From positions 1 through 64,000 of the IMG/VR virus record IMGVR_UViG_3300027906_000003: a DNA stretch of 64,000 nucleotides. One strand, given 5' to 3'. The notes below the pieces were generated by a model. That model did no database searches and had not been told where the DNA came from. It worked only from the letters and a program-made list of their open reading frames with translations. The stretch comes from a virus. Every line of letters begins with the position of its first letter. The first letter of the stretch is position 1. The position numbers and the translations under genes were made by a program. Shown here one piece after another: positions 18,792 to 29,024 of the stretch.

Positions 18792-20860
18792 GCAGGTAAG
18801 GCGTCGTAATAACGCTCATTCTCGTCTCTTGCAGTATCAGTTGAATTCATTACATTCGTTGAAGAGTTATTATTGTTCTGTTGAACTACAGTTCCGTCTC
18901 CACCAGTTGCAGGTGTATCATCTGGTCTAGCTGCTAATGTCGCAGCGTCTATTGCACCACCTTTAGCATTAATTTCATCTTGAACCATTTCCATTGCTAA
19001 ACTAGGGTCACTACCATCGGCCATCATACTGCCGGTATCTAAAGCTTCCTGTGCTTCTTGGTAATCTGCTATGAGTGCCTTTCTGTTATCTAATTCCTTT
19101 TGAATTGCCTCATATGACTCTTCTGATATATCATCGTCATTGAGTATTGCCTCTAATTGATTTGTAGGTGCAGTTGCAACCATATCCATGTTGACGAGTG
19201 AACTTCTTAAACCTCTCTTAGTGTAAAGTCCTGATTCTTCTGCGGAGTCTTGACCTGCCTCTTGTTCTTCCTCAGTCATTTCTGGTGCTTCGTTTCCACT
19301 TCCAAAAATTAACTTAACTGCCCAACCTGGTAACATTTTCTTTGCCATATCTGATATGAATTTACCAATATCGATACCAAAGACATCTCTAAAGAAATTA
19401 CCAATAGCTTTGAATGGTGCCTTGATTAAATCCCATAGACCACCAAACATATCTTTAATACCAGAGAACATTAAGTCGAAGTCTCCTGTGAATAGACCTT
19501 TCCAGAAGTCAAAGAAACCACCGAATATTGTAAAGATTGAATCTTTGATATCTATGAAGTATTGTATAACTGTATCAATGGCAGCTTTAAATGATTCAGA
19601 TGTTTCATATAGTCTCATACCTGCAAGAACAATACCAACTACTGCAAGAGCAGCTAGTATATATGGAGCAGCTGCGAGTAATAATCCACCTGCAGTCGCC
19701 ATCAAACCACCTATAAAGGCAGCTGCACCAGCAGCGAATGCGGTTAGTGTTGTCCATAAGGCAGCTCCAGCAGCTGCGAGTCCACTACCCATAGCAGTGA
19801 AAGCACCTCGAATAGCAGACATACCTCCTTTAAGAAAACCACCAACATTCTTCTTCAAACCACTTGCCGCATTTCCAATTCCTTTTCCTGCGTCTTGCAT
19901 GGTTCTACCAAGATTACCCATAATCTTATCACCTAAGACTCCTTCTCCACCAAAAACTTTACCTAGTGCATTTAATTTTTTAGTTGCACCATCGAATGCT
20001 CCCATGATATCCATACCTGTAAGTTCTTTAAGACCATCAGAGAAGTTTGAAAGTCCTTCCATTTGAGTTTCTTTAGACTTATCAATTGCAATTTTTAATT
20101 GTTCAGAGGCATTCGCTTGGTGTTCATGAATTGATTTTAATGATGACTCATGTTGTTCAACAAAATAACTTCGGTCATCCATCTCTTTGGATAAAAAGTC
20201 CTGTTCCTTTTTGTGTTTTTCAGATAAGATTTTATCTTGAGCTGTCTCTTGTTCTGCAAGGGCGTTTTTAGCTTGTGCGACTTGTGCTTGAAGTTTAAAG
20301 TCTAAGTTTTTGTCTTCGTTTTCACTTGCTTTCTTTTCTGCATCTTTAACAGCTTGCACTGCATCAGCAACTGCAGAAGATTTCTCATCTGCCATGAGTT
20401 TATCTAAGTCGGTAATCTTTTGTTGAGTTTCTGCTTGTCTTATTAAAGCATCTCTTCTAAGTTTAGTAAACTTCTCTTCTTCTTTTTCGAGACCTTGTAT
20501 TCTTGCAACTTGACCACCAAAAACTTCTGATAGAATATCTTGTTGTTCTTCGGTTAGATTACTCCAACCCTTTTCTGCCATTTCAGTAGCAGCGGACATA
20601 CCTTTGATAAGGTCTCTATTAAGAACGGCACCCTTAAATGTGTCTGCAGATAGACCTTTAAACTCAGAAACAATTTTAGCTGCCTCTGGTCTTGTTTTAG
20701 CTAGAGTATTAATAACATTCTTAAACTCTTTTGTTGTTCCAACTGTAGACTCTTCTAAGTCTTGATTGAATTCAGCACGAATGTTTTTTTCTTCTTCTTT
20801 AGCTTTTTTAAGTTCTTCAGCTAACTGTTTCCGAACCTTTTTTATTTCGTCATCTGCCAT
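18788..20860 (-). CDS. tape-measure-like / gp29-like tail length protein
   Basis: 690 aa, helical coiled coil plus an Ala/Gly-rich hydrophobic segment and W/F-G periodic repeats; downstream of gp26/gp51. Confidence 0.65.
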   Translation of the reverse strand: MADDEIKKVRKQLAEELKKAKEEEKNIRAEFNQDLEESTVGTTKEFKNVINTLAKTRPEAAKIVSEFKGLSADTFKGAVLNRDLIKGMSAATEMAEKGWSNLTEEQQDILSEVFGGQVARIQGLEKEEEKFTKLRRDALIRQAETQQKITDLDKLMADEKSSAVADAVQAVKDAEKKASENEDKNLDFKLQAQVAQAKNALAEQETAQDKILSEKHKKEQDFLSKEMDDRSYFVEQHESSLKSIHEHQANASEQLKIAIDKSKETQMEGLSNFSDGLKELTGMDIMGAFDGATKKLNALGKVFGGEGVLGDKIMGNLGRTMQDAGKGIGNAASGLKKNVGGFLKGGMSAIRGAFTAMGSGLAAAGAALWTTLTAFAAGAAAFIGGLMATAGGLLLAAAPYILAALAVVGIVLAGMRLYETSESFKAAIDTVIQYFIDIKDSIFTIFGGFFDFWKGLFTGDFDLMFSGIKDMFGGLWDLIKAPFKAIGNFFRDVFGIDIGKFISDMAKKMLPGWAVKLIFGSGNEAPEMTEEEQEAGQDSAEESGLYTKRGLRSSLVNMDMVATAPTNQLEAILNDDDISEESYEAIQKELDNRKALIADYQEAQEALDTGSMMADGSDPSLAMEMVQDEINAKGGAIDAATLAARPDDTPATGGDGTVVQQNNNNSSTNVMNSTDTARDENERYYDALPA

Positions 20861-20871
20861 TTAATTTTCCT

Positions 20872-21249
20872 TTATTTTCCGAAAGCTTTTCCAGCTTCAG
20901 ATATTCCAAATGCACCCAATGTCACAACCACAAATGATGTATAAATTGTTTCTGAGACTTTTAAGTCTATATCCCAAACTAGTGCTGTCACTAGGTCAGT
21001 AATACCGAAACACATCATTAAAAAGAATGAGATAAATCCTATGATTGCCTTTTCATTCAAGTCGTTGTCGTCTAAGAACAAGTCTATAAACTTTCTTTTT
21101 GGTGGGTCGAGTGCTAGTTTGGCCTTTCGAGCCTCTTCTTGCATTTCTTTGATTTGGTCCTCTGATGCGTCCAGTTTTTCGATAAGTGCCATATACTTAT
21201 CTAAATCAATTTCCACCTCATTTCTGCTGTTATCTTTTTCGTCTGCCAT
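20872..21249 (-). CDS. two-TM membrane protein (holin-like candidate)
   Basis: N-terminal coiled coil; NEKAIIGFISFFLMMCFG and FVVVTLGAFGI TM segments. Confidence 0.55.
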   Translation of the reverse strand: MADEKDNSRNEVEIDLDKYMALIEKLDASEDQIKEMQEEARKAKLALDPPKRKFIDLFLDDNDLNEKAIIGFISFFLMMCFGITDLVTALVWDIDLKVSETIYTSFVVVTLGAFGISEAGKAFGK

Positions 21250-21290
21250 TTTCTACTCCTCATAGTTATTCACGGCACACATAATATAAG

Positions 21291-21475
21291 TTAATTGTAT
21301 TTTTTACTATCCTGTCTTTGCTTTTCTTGTTCCAAATAGTTTAAGAGAAGATTTGTATAAATCTCCCTTTCCCACGGCATCATATCCTCTAGTTCTGTTA
21401 ATGAATAATTATGATGTTGCATCATCTGAAAGTTAGTGTTATAATAATTAAACACCGACTCGTGAGAAAGGGCTA
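21291..21475 (-). CDS. gp51: gp51-like baseplate hub assembly domain (absent from ORF track), likely reached by -1 frameshift from gp26
   Basis: ...FQMMQHHNYSLTELEDMMPWEREIYTNLLLNYLEQE...; frame open up to the gp26 stop; alternative starts GTG 21455 or ATG 21425. Confidence 0.85.
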
Positions 21476-22177
21476 TTAGAAAAAATTTTGTAATCCTTCT
21501 AAAACCCTATTCTGTTGAGTGCTACAGAGTTCACATTTGAACTCTATTTCCTTTCTTAGTTTAGGAGTTTTCTCAAAGTATTCTGATAGTAGACCAAGTT
21601 GTGCAAATGTTAAGTTTTCAATAAACTCATCTACATCTTCGTCAGTTATATCAGTTCTTTCGTAGACACTATCTGCATCAAATATTCTTTCTATAGATTT
21701 ATTCAATAGATAGAATATGACTTCGTTCTCAGGCATTTCTGCAACACCACTTGTGTCTCCTACTCTAAGTAATCTCAAAACTACTCCAACATCATCACTA
21801 AGCATTACGGTACTATCAGGTACTTCACCATGAACTTCTACTTCTTCGAAATTGATGATTGCATCTCCTGTTCCTGAACAGTCATTTTCTTGACATTTCA
21901 TTTTAACAGTTGCAGTTTCACCAACAGATTTTGAACGAATCTGAATGAACAACCATTCAAGGTCGACCATTGCAAGGTCATTCGCATCTACCTTTTCAAA
22001 GGTAACATCGTGTATCATATTCTTAACAGTTTCAAGAGACTCTTCTGAGTTTTCTCCTTCTTTTGCCAACATCAACACTTTTTGTTCTTTTACAAGAAAA
22101 GGTCGGAACTTTACTTCACGACCATCACTTGGTAACACCGTCTTATAAGTCGGTGCTGATTGGATTGGTAATCCCAT
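21476..22177 (-). CDS. gp26: baseplate hub assembly protein gp26-like
   Basis: MGLP...FRPFLVKEQK...IRSKSVGE...C-x4-C...CELC...EGLQNFF. Confidence 0.9.
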   Translation of the reverse strand: MGLPIQSAPTYKTVLPSDGREVKFRPFLVKEQKVLMLAKEGENSEESLETVKNMIHDVTFEKVDANDLAMVDLEWLFIQIRSKSVGETATVKMKCQENDCSGTGDAIINFEEVEVHGEVPDSTVMLSDDVGVVLRLLRVGDTSGVAEMPENEVIFYLLNKSIERIFDADSVYERTDITDEDVDEFIENLTFAQLGLLSEYFEKTPKLRKEIEFKCELCSTQQNRVLEGLQNFF

Positions 22178-22199
22178 AATTTACTCCATAATTATAATA

Positions 22200-22922
22200 C
22201 TAGGAACCTCCTAGTAGTCCACTAAGTCTTGACCCAGCAGAATCTAAATCGTTTAGTTTACCTAACATGTCTTTAGATTTACCATTGAATCGACTAGCGA
22301 CTGTAAGACTCTCTCTTGCTAAATCAAGATATCGTCTTCCTTTATTTAGTACCGAAAGTTCAGGTGCTGGACCATATTCGGTATCAAATGTTTTAAATGC
22401 AAATTTGCATGAAAATTTTAACAATGCACTTTCACCCATTGTGAGTGCCATTGGTTCGTAAGAGATTGGAAAGGCATCATAAAATTTATACTTTAATGCC
22501 ATTGAATCATCTCTTCTAAATTGTTCTATTTCTATTGTTCCGTAATAATCTTTTGGATATCTAAAGATTGGTTTGATACTATTTCCATCTCCTTCAGTAA
22601 ATATGAAAGATTGCCATGCTTCGATAATGTATCTATCAAAGAAACTTGAATCACAAACAAACATGAAGTCTACTTCATTTGTATTGTTTACTTGTGTGAC
22701 TTTCTTTGTATTTGTTCCTGTTGTATGAAAATCTTTTGTTGTTAGACTTCTTCCTGGAAGAGATGTTCCTTCACATCTAATTCCTTCAACACTAAAATTA
22801 CCATCTGGTCCAAAAATGTTGACTGCAAATCTATTATTCATTGCTCCAGCATCGAAGTTTCCTTTAAACTTGTCGATACTTGATTTACTATTTCTAAAGA
22901 TACCTTTATTAAAAAAATCCAC
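22200..22922 (-). CDS. tail tube initiator / tube-fold protein (gp54/gp19-like)
   Basis: SLPGR, YPKDYYGTIEI, YDAFPIS tube-fold motifs. Confidence 0.7.
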   Translation of the reverse strand: MDFFNKGIFRNSKSSIDKFKGNFDAGAMNNRFAVNIFGPDGNFSVEGIRCEGTSLPGRSLTTKDFHTTGTNTKKVTQVNNTNEVDFMFVCDSSFFDRYIIEAWQSFIFTEGDGNSIKPIFRYPKDYYGTIEIEQFRRDDSMALKYKFYDAFPISYEPMALTMGESALLKFSCKFAFKTFDTEYGPAPELSVLNKGRRYLDLARESLTVASRFNGKSKDMLGKLNDLDSAGSRLSGLLGGS

Positions 22923-23497
22923 TAAAATTTCTCCTGACTTTCTGCATATACTGTATTTGCATTTACATTAAACTGTTGAGATGGTAACATTACCATCATG
23001 TCCCAATAATCCATAGGTATTTCTGATATCCTAGACTCTATATGACTGAATAGATATCTCTTTACACATGGTTTTGCATACCTAAGTGTTGAAACTGATT
23101 TGATTAACTGATAAGATAATAGAACTCGTCTCTCTTCTTCGTTCTCAGTCTCTAATGCAATTTCATATAGACCTAAAAGTAAGGGTGTTCGATATCTTGG
23201 TGCAATATAGTGTAGATTTATACCCATAAAGCCGTCAGATAGCAAATCAAAGCAAACTATGAGTGGGAATCTATCCCAATAAGGTAATGTTTCTTTGTAT
23301 TTTGCATCATAAAGATACATATACATTTTACCTAACTCAGGTCTTGCTACTACTGGAAAATCATCATCAGTTAGTAGCTTATTTACTGGTTGTCTTATCT
23401 TTCTAAGTCTTAATTTAAACCAATCTAAACTTTCTTGACTTCTTCTTTCTTGTTCAAGTGGAGTTTCACCTTGTATTTGTTCAAGTAAGTCTAACAT
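22922..23497 (-). CDS. gp2: DNA end protector gp2
   Basis: YDAKYKETLPYWDRFPL, GINLHY, KPCVKRYL. Confidence 0.92.
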   Translation of the reverse strand: MLDLLEQIQGETPLEQERRSQESLDWFKLRLRKIRQPVNKLLTDDDFPVVARPELGKMYMYLYDAKYKETLPYWDRFPLIVCFDLLSDGFMGINLHYIAPRYRTPLLLGLYEIALETENEEERRVLLSYQLIKSVSTLRYAKPCVKRYLFSHIESRISEIPMDYWDMMVMLPSQQFNVNANTVYAESQEKF

Positions 23498-23503
23498 ACA
23501 TAC

Positions 23504-23511
23504 TATTTATG
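23504..23511 (-). promoter_or_regulatory. late promoter for gp2
   Basis: CATAAATA on the minus strand, 6 nt before the ATG. Confidence 0.6.
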
Positions 23512-23513
23512 TA

Positions 23514-23945
23514 TTATGTAAGATGGTCCTCAGTTAAAATTCGAAATTTTAGTCTTCTTTCTTTACAAAAATCTTCGGCCGCTTTGAATTTTGCTTGATT
23601 TACGGCATATGTAGCAACTTCGTTAAGATATCTCTTAGTTTGTCGTTTGGGCTGCTTCGGAGGCAGTAATTGTTTCTTCGGTTTGACTTCAATTACTTCT
23701 CTTACTGTTTGACCAGAAGAATTTACATATTTTACATAAAAATCGGGAAAATAACGATGAACTCTCTTGTCTAAGGGTGATTTGTAAGGAATTACGACTT
23801 CCTCACTTCCCCATTCTACTACATTTTCGTTATTATCGCAATAAACCATGAATCTACGCTCCCATAGCGAACGATAGAAGATTTTTGTTGGGTCTCCCTT
23901 GTATTTTTTGTAATTCTTTGGTTTGAACTTACCACTGTATGACAT
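23514..23945 (-). CDS. gp4: head completion nuclease gp4
   Basis: YSGKFKPKN..KYKGDP...YRSLWE...RYFPDF...IEVKP. Confidence 0.93.
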   Translation of the reverse strand: MSYSGKFKPKNYKKYKGDPTKIFYRSLWERRFMVYCDNNENVVEWGSEEVVIPYKSPLDKRVHRYFPDFYVKYVNSSGQTVREVIEVKPKKQLLPPKQPKRQTKRYLNEVATYAVNQAKFKAAEDFCKERRLKFRILTEDHLT

Positions 23946-23981
23946 AAATAGATGTATATAACTCGTTTAAGGATATTTATA
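23943..23981. promoter_or_regulatory. overlapping late promoters for the divergent gp4 and gp48 genes
   Basis: CATAAATA (+, 23943-23950) and TATAAATA (-, 23974-23981). Confidence 0.7.
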
Positions 23982-25150
23982 TGCCCAACATTAATAAAAT
24001 TTTAAGTAAAGTAAACAAGGCAAAATCCGCAGTTTCAAGTGCAAAAGGAATAAAGTCTAAACTTTCAAACATCAACTACAACTCGGTAATCAATTCAAAT
24101 GAGTTAGAAGCTCAGGCTGAAATAGCAAAACAGACTTTAGATAAGAGAAAATCGTCTTTACAGAAGTCTTTAGATGCAAATAACACTGCAAAGAACAAGG
24201 CTAAGAAATCACCAGACTCACCATACATAGAAATGCAATATCCTTTAAATGAGGAACATGATAACTATATCGTATTCAGAAGTAGACAAAGAATCAATCG
24301 TCAAAGAAGAGCTGAAGACGGTAAAATTATGAGTGCTGATGCAAATAGAGCATCACTCTTATCAGGAGATGGTTCTGAACAAGTAGAAATTGCATTACAT
24401 ATTCCTTTAACACTAGAACAAGACACTACCGTTGGGTATTCTAAAAAAGATGTTGGTTCACTTGCAAGAGGAGTTCAACAAGGTGGTGCTGGTGGATTTA
24501 TTCAAGGTATGATTCAAGGACTATCACAAGCAGCTCAAAAGATGTTAAACAGTATGACTGGTAATGCAATGTTTATCATGCAAGGTAAAGCAGTTAACCC
24601 TATGCAAGAAATGGCACTAGAGGGTGTTGACTTTAGAACATTAACTTTTTCATATACAATGTCACCAACATCACAAGAAGAGGCAGACATGATTAGAGAC
24701 ATCATTTACTATTTCAAAACTGCAATGTTACCTGATACATATCCGGCACTAGGTGCTGGTCAGTCAGATGCAGAAGGATTCTTTAACTATCCAAATACTT
24801 GGACTGCAGAGTTAGAAGGACCGATTGCAACGAGAGTTGATGGTTATCTTCCAATGATTCTACAAAATTGTAAAGTTGTATATGAGGGAGATGCTTCATC
24901 AATGACTTTCTTTAAAGATGGTCAACCAACAAGTGTTAAAATGGACTTATCATTCCAAGAACTCAAAATACTTACACAAGAATCTTACCAAGAGATTACT
25001 GCTCACCCAAATGGAGCGGCATCTGGTCTCAAATCTATGCCTAGTATCATTGACCAAAACGCAACAGGTGATACAACAAACATCGAAGCAGGTGCAGCGG
25101 CAGAACAAGCAGTCAAAGAGAATGCAGAAAAGGGTAAGAAAAATCCATAA
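23981..25150 (+). CDS. gp48: baseplate tail-tube cap gp48
   Basis: NP.QE..EGVDFRTLTFSY.MSP.SQEEA...FK..MLP...FQELKILT. Confidence 0.85.
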   Translation: MPNINKILSKVNKAKSAVSSAKGIKSKLSNINYNSVINSNELEAQAEIAKQTLDKRKSSLQKSLDANNTAKNKAKKSPDSPYIEMQYPLNEEHDNYIVFRSRQRINRQRRAEDGKIMSADANRASLLSGDGSEQVEIALHIPLTLEQDTTVGYSKKDVGSLARGVQQGGAGGFIQGMIQGLSQAAQKMLNSMTGNAMFIMQGKAVNPMQEMALEGVDFRTLTFSYTMSPTSQEEADMIRDIIYYFKTAMLPDTYPALGAGQSDAEGFFNYPNTWTAELEGPIATRVDGYLPMILQNCKVVYEGDASSMTFFKDGQPTSVKMDLSFQELKILTQESYQEITAHPNGAASGLKSMPSIIDQNATGDTTNIEAGAAAEQAVKENAEKGKKNP

Positions 25151-25160
25151 GGTATAAAAT

Positions 25161-25871
25161 ATGTCAAATCAATTATTCAAAAACTTTCCAGAAATACAAT
25201 ACACTTTATCAACAGGTAAAATTGTCACCATAAAAGACTTCTTTAGAAAGTCTATGATTGAACGAGAAGCCGTTAACAGTGTAATCAGTTATACATATTA
25301 CGAGATACAAGATGGTGAAAGACCAGATGTAGTTGCAGATAGATTATACGGTGATAGTGAATTGCATTGGACATTCTTCTTAGTTAATAATATGGACAAC
25401 TACTATCAATGGCATAAAGATAATGTCACATTTGAGAATTATATAAATGAAATGTATCCAGAGTATTGGTTAACTGCAAGTGATTCAACAGACATAGTAT
25501 CTTCAACAAATAAGTTTCTATTAGGTGAGATTATCGAATCATCTCTACAACAAGGTAATGTCATCTCAGTTCAACCTACATTTAATAGGATAGGAGTTGC
25601 AGGTGGAAGTTGGAATGCAAATGATATAGTCACAGGAAAAGTAAGTGGTAAATCATTTACTGTATCATCAGCTGTGAGAGGACCTGATGGCATTGACCAT
25701 TATGTTAACTCAGAAGGACTTAAAAGAAATACTTCTGATACAGGTTTTACACCTGTCACATATTATACACATGATTACGAACAGAATGAGGCTAATAGAA
25801 AAATAAAGGTTATTAGGCCTGAATATATAAGAAGAGTAGTATCAGAATTTGAAAAAGTAATGGCATCATAA
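25161..25871 (+). CDS. gp53: baseplate wedge gp53
   Basis: FKNFP.I.Y, GERPDVVADRLYGD..LHW, NEANRKIKV. Confidence 0.9.
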   Translation: MSNQLFKNFPEIQYTLSTGKIVTIKDFFRKSMIEREAVNSVISYTYYEIQDGERPDVVADRLYGDSELHWTFFLVNNMDNYYQWHKDNVTFENYINEMYPEYWLTASDSTDIVSSTNKFLLGEIIESSLQQGNVISVQPTFNRIGVAGGSWNANDIVTGKVSGKSFTVSSAVRGPDGIDHYVNSEGLKRNTSDTGFTPVTYYTHDYEQNEANRKIKVIRPEYIRRVVSEFEKVMAS

Positions 25872-27316
25872 TGGCAGAAGCACCACTAAAACAAGGAGAA
25901 TTCTTAGTAGAATCCTTTGCACTAATAAACCAATTCGGTGAGACTTTAGATATCTCAGGTATAGTTGGTGAATTTACTATGTCAGAAAGTATACATCGGA
26001 AGTTTGTATCAGGTGTCGTTGGTGTTGTCGATGGTCTTAATCTACTAAAGAACTATCGTTTTACTGGTCAAGAATTTATTCGTATATCAATAAAACAAAA
26101 AGAAGGAATGGGAGATACTGCAGATGCTTTATACAGTATTGATAAAACATTCAGAGTGTTTAAGGCTGATAGAATAACAAGACAATCAGAAAAAATTCAA
26201 TCGTATCTATTAAGTTTATGTGAACCTAGAGTATTCAATCTTAGAAGAACAAGATTGAGTAGAACATTAAGAGGTTCTTATGATGACATGTTAGAGAATG
26301 TCTTAGTAAATGAAGCAAAGATTCCTATGGAAGAATTTGACCATTGGGAAGAAACTAAACCAGACAACTTTCAATTCATAGTTCCTAATTGGACTACAAA
26401 TAAGATTATAGATTATTGTGTTAAAGAGGCAAACATAGGTGGTGATACTAACTATAGAAATAGTATGTTCTTCTTTCAAACATTAAATGGTGGATTTAGA
26501 TTTAAGTCAATAGATGAAATGTTTGCACAAGAATTCCCTGTTTCATTCAGTATGAAACCTAGAAACTCATCTCCAACAGAAGATATGGACTTAAATGCTC
26601 CTGGAGGTTTGAACAGTCAGATTCTTAGTTATAGAAAAGCTCAAATGTTTGATACTTTAAGGGGAACGGTGGCTGGTGCTTATGCTTCTCATATGAAAGT
26701 CTATGACCCTTTGCGTAAATTAGAATCAGAAGAACTTTACGATATGGAAGAAACATGGAAGAGAGGTAAACACTTATCTGGTTTCCCTATGATTCATAAT
26801 GGTGAATATGAATACACATTTACTGCGGAAAACACAACAGGTGAAGGAGAACCACCACAATATAGTGAAATAGATGTTGACTTACCTCCAAACCAGCATT
26901 TTAACGCGTTTTTCATTGAAGCATCTGATATGAGACATTCATATGATGACAATGCAGATATGACAGCACAAGAACTTTTTAGAGGAAAAGAAAATAGAGA
27001 TAATGCAACATTAGAAAGAATTGCACTTATGGAAATCTTGTCTCAACATAGAATGGTTGTGACAGTTCCCTTTAGAACAGATATGAATGTAGGTCAAGTT
27101 ATTCAATTGTCTTTACCAGCTGCTGAACCAACATCAGAAAGTGATACTTCTGATAAGTTAAATGATGATAGATATTTAATAACAGATTTAAAATTAGTTG
27201 GTGACCCAACACAATTAACAGGCACGATGACAATGGAATGTGTTAAAGAATCTTACATGGATAAAGTAGAGAATGTAAGTCCATTAGATAACACTGCAAC
27301 ACCGAGAGAAGTATGA
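25871..27316 (+). CDS. baseplate hub protein (gp27-like)
   Basis: Between gp53 and gp5; ESI...G...D, TGQE, FFFQT..GFRFKSID. Confidence 0.65.
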   Translation: MAEAPLKQGEFLVESFALINQFGETLDISGIVGEFTMSESIHRKFVSGVVGVVDGLNLLKNYRFTGQEFIRISIKQKEGMGDTADALYSIDKTFRVFKADRITRQSEKIQSYLLSLCEPRVFNLRRTRLSRTLRGSYDDMLENVLVNEAKIPMEEFDHWEETKPDNFQFIVPNWTTNKIIDYCVKEANIGGDTNYRNSMFFFQTLNGGFRFKSIDEMFAQEFPVSFSMKPRNSSPTEDMDLNAPGGLNSQILSYRKAQMFDTLRGTVAGAYASHMKVYDPLRKLESEELYDMEETWKRGKHLSGFPMIHNGEYEYTFTAENTTGEGEPPQYSEIDVDLPPNQHFNAFFIEASDMRHSYDDNADMTAQELFRGKENRDNATLERIALMEILSQHRMVVTVPFRTDMNVGQVIQLSLPAAEPTSESDTSDKLNDDRYLITDLKLVGDPTQLTGTMTMECVKESYMDKVENVSPLDNTATPREV

Positions 27317-28590
27317 TAACATTTTATGGAATAGTTGAAGATAGAAATGACCCATTGATGGTCGGAAGAGTTCGTGTTCGTATCCATGGAATTCATTCTG
27401 AAAATAAACAATACATCGCAACACCTGACCTTCCATGGGCACAAGTTTTATTACCAACAACTTCTGCTGGATTATCCGGTTTAGGAACACAACATGGTTT
27501 AGTTGAGGGTTCTACAGTCTATGGATTCTTTAGAGATGGTGAAACTAAACAAGACCCTGTTATAACTCATTCGTCTGCAGGTATTCCTCAGAAAGGTTAT
27601 AAAGAAACAACAAAAGATGAATTATTAAATAGAAATATTGAAAAGGGTTTTAATGACCCACGAAGATTAAAGGTTGATGACTATAAAGATACTCCTGACG
27701 GACCAAATCCTGAACAGGCACCCAATCGTTCACATGGTTTAACAAGTTCATTAGAAACTTCACCAAAAACACCGAAAGAACTTACTATTAATTACGACAA
27801 CACAGGTTCTACTATCGAAGAGTTAGAGGTAACTGAGGATATGTTACCTTACTATCCTTTATATACAGATGAATCAGATTTATCTAGTATTGCAAGAGGT
27901 GGTGTTTTAGACCATGCAATTAAAGGTGATATAGTTCACCCACAAACACAAAGTATTCTAGGAGATTTTGTGGATGTCCAAGCAAAACCTGTATATCCTT
28001 ACAATAAGGTTTTACAGTCCGAGGCTGGCCATGTTTTAGAAATTGATGACACACCAAAATCAGAAAGATTAAATGTTCATCATAGGTCAGGAACATTCCA
28101 TGAGATTCATGCAGATGGTTCAGAAGTCACAAGAATAGTAAACAACAATTATACTGCAATACTTAAAGATGATAAAGTTTATATAGCTGGTAATACAGAC
28201 TTACAAGTAGGACATGGTAATGTAAATATAACAATCAATACAGGTAATGTTGATATGAAAGTATTAAAAGGTAATGTGACCTCAGAGATTACAGAGGGAA
28301 ATCTTAAAGCAGATATACTTAAAGGAACAACAGATGTATTATCAGAAGGAAAGATAACAATTACAGGTAATAATACAACAGAGATTATATCAGACACAAC
28401 AGTCACAGGAACATTACATGTGACTGGAGCTCAAACAAACGATTCAACAATACATGCAACAGGAGATATATCAACTTCTGCTGGAAATTCTCCAACACTT
28501 GCAACACATAAACACAAATCTACTTCACAAGATACAGGTGCAGGAACAAATGCTGGTAAGAAGAAAGATACTTCGGAACCTGATGCGTAA
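27313..28590 (+). CDS. gp5: central spike gp5 (OB fold plus beta-helix, no lysozyme domain)
   Basis: GIVEDRNDPL..GRVRVR..G.H, DLPWA, YPYNKV..SE.GH..EIDDTP; C-terminal THKH. Confidence 0.9.
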   Translation: MITFYGIVEDRNDPLMVGRVRVRIHGIHSENKQYIATPDLPWAQVLLPTTSAGLSGLGTQHGLVEGSTVYGFFRDGETKQDPVITHSSAGIPQKGYKETTKDELLNRNIEKGFNDPRRLKVDDYKDTPDGPNPEQAPNRSHGLTSSLETSPKTPKELTINYDNTGSTIEELEVTEDMLPYYPLYTDESDLSSIARGGVLDHAIKGDIVHPQTQSILGDFVDVQAKPVYPYNKVLQSEAGHVLEIDDTPKSERLNVHHRSGTFHEIHADGSEVTRIVNNNYTAILKDDKVYIAGNTDLQVGHGNVNITINTGNVDMKVLKGNVTSEITEGNLKADILKGTTDVLSEGKITITGNNTTEIISDTTVTGTLHVTGAQTNDSTIHATGDISTSAGNSPTLATHKHKSTSQDTGAGTNAGKKKDTSEPDA

Positions 28591-28594
28591 GAGG

Positions 28595-28602
28595 TATAAA
28601 TA
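28595..28602 (+). promoter_or_regulatory. late promoter
   Basis: TATAAATA, 5 nt before the gp25 ATG. Confidence 0.75.
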
Positions 28603-28607
28603 GATAT

Positions 28608-29024
28608 ATGGCGACCATAAAATCACAAGCAAAGAATGTAGCGGCAACTGAAGTTTATGCAGATTTAGACATGAATTTCACTGCTCACCCAATAACAGGT
28701 GATTTGACTATCAAAAAAGATGCAGATGCAATCAAACAGTCGGTAAAAAATATCATAATGACTAATTATTATGAGAGGCCATTCAAACCATCACTTGGTG
28801 GAGGTTTTAGAGACTTATTATTTGCACTTGATACTGAAAGACGAGTAAAAAGAGCACAAGTAAAAATAAAACAAGTAATTGAGGATTTTGAACCTAGAGT
28901 CACAGCAGTTTTACCTCAATTTGTAATAAAGAGAAACAACGATTTGCATGTCATAATCAATTATACGATTAAAAATGGTATGCCAAATCAAGAAGTCAAT
29001 ATGACACTTAAAAGGGCAAGATAA
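28608..29024 (+). CDS. gp25: baseplate wedge gp25
   Basis: YADLD..F..HP, AIKQSVKNI..T...ERPF, FEPRV. Confidence 0.92.
   Translation: MATIKSQAKNVAATEVYADLDMNFTAHPITGDLTIKKDADAIKQSVKNIIMTNYYERPFKPSLGGGFRDLLFALDTERRVKRAQVKIKQVIEDFEPRVTAVLPQFVIKRNNDLHVIINYTIKNGMPNQEVNMTLKRAR

Noticed and set aside
19356-20066. 236-aa plus-strand ORF, and similar long antisense ORFs at 3506-4036 and 49021-50094
   Set aside because: They lie antisense to well-supported genes and are explained by codon bias.
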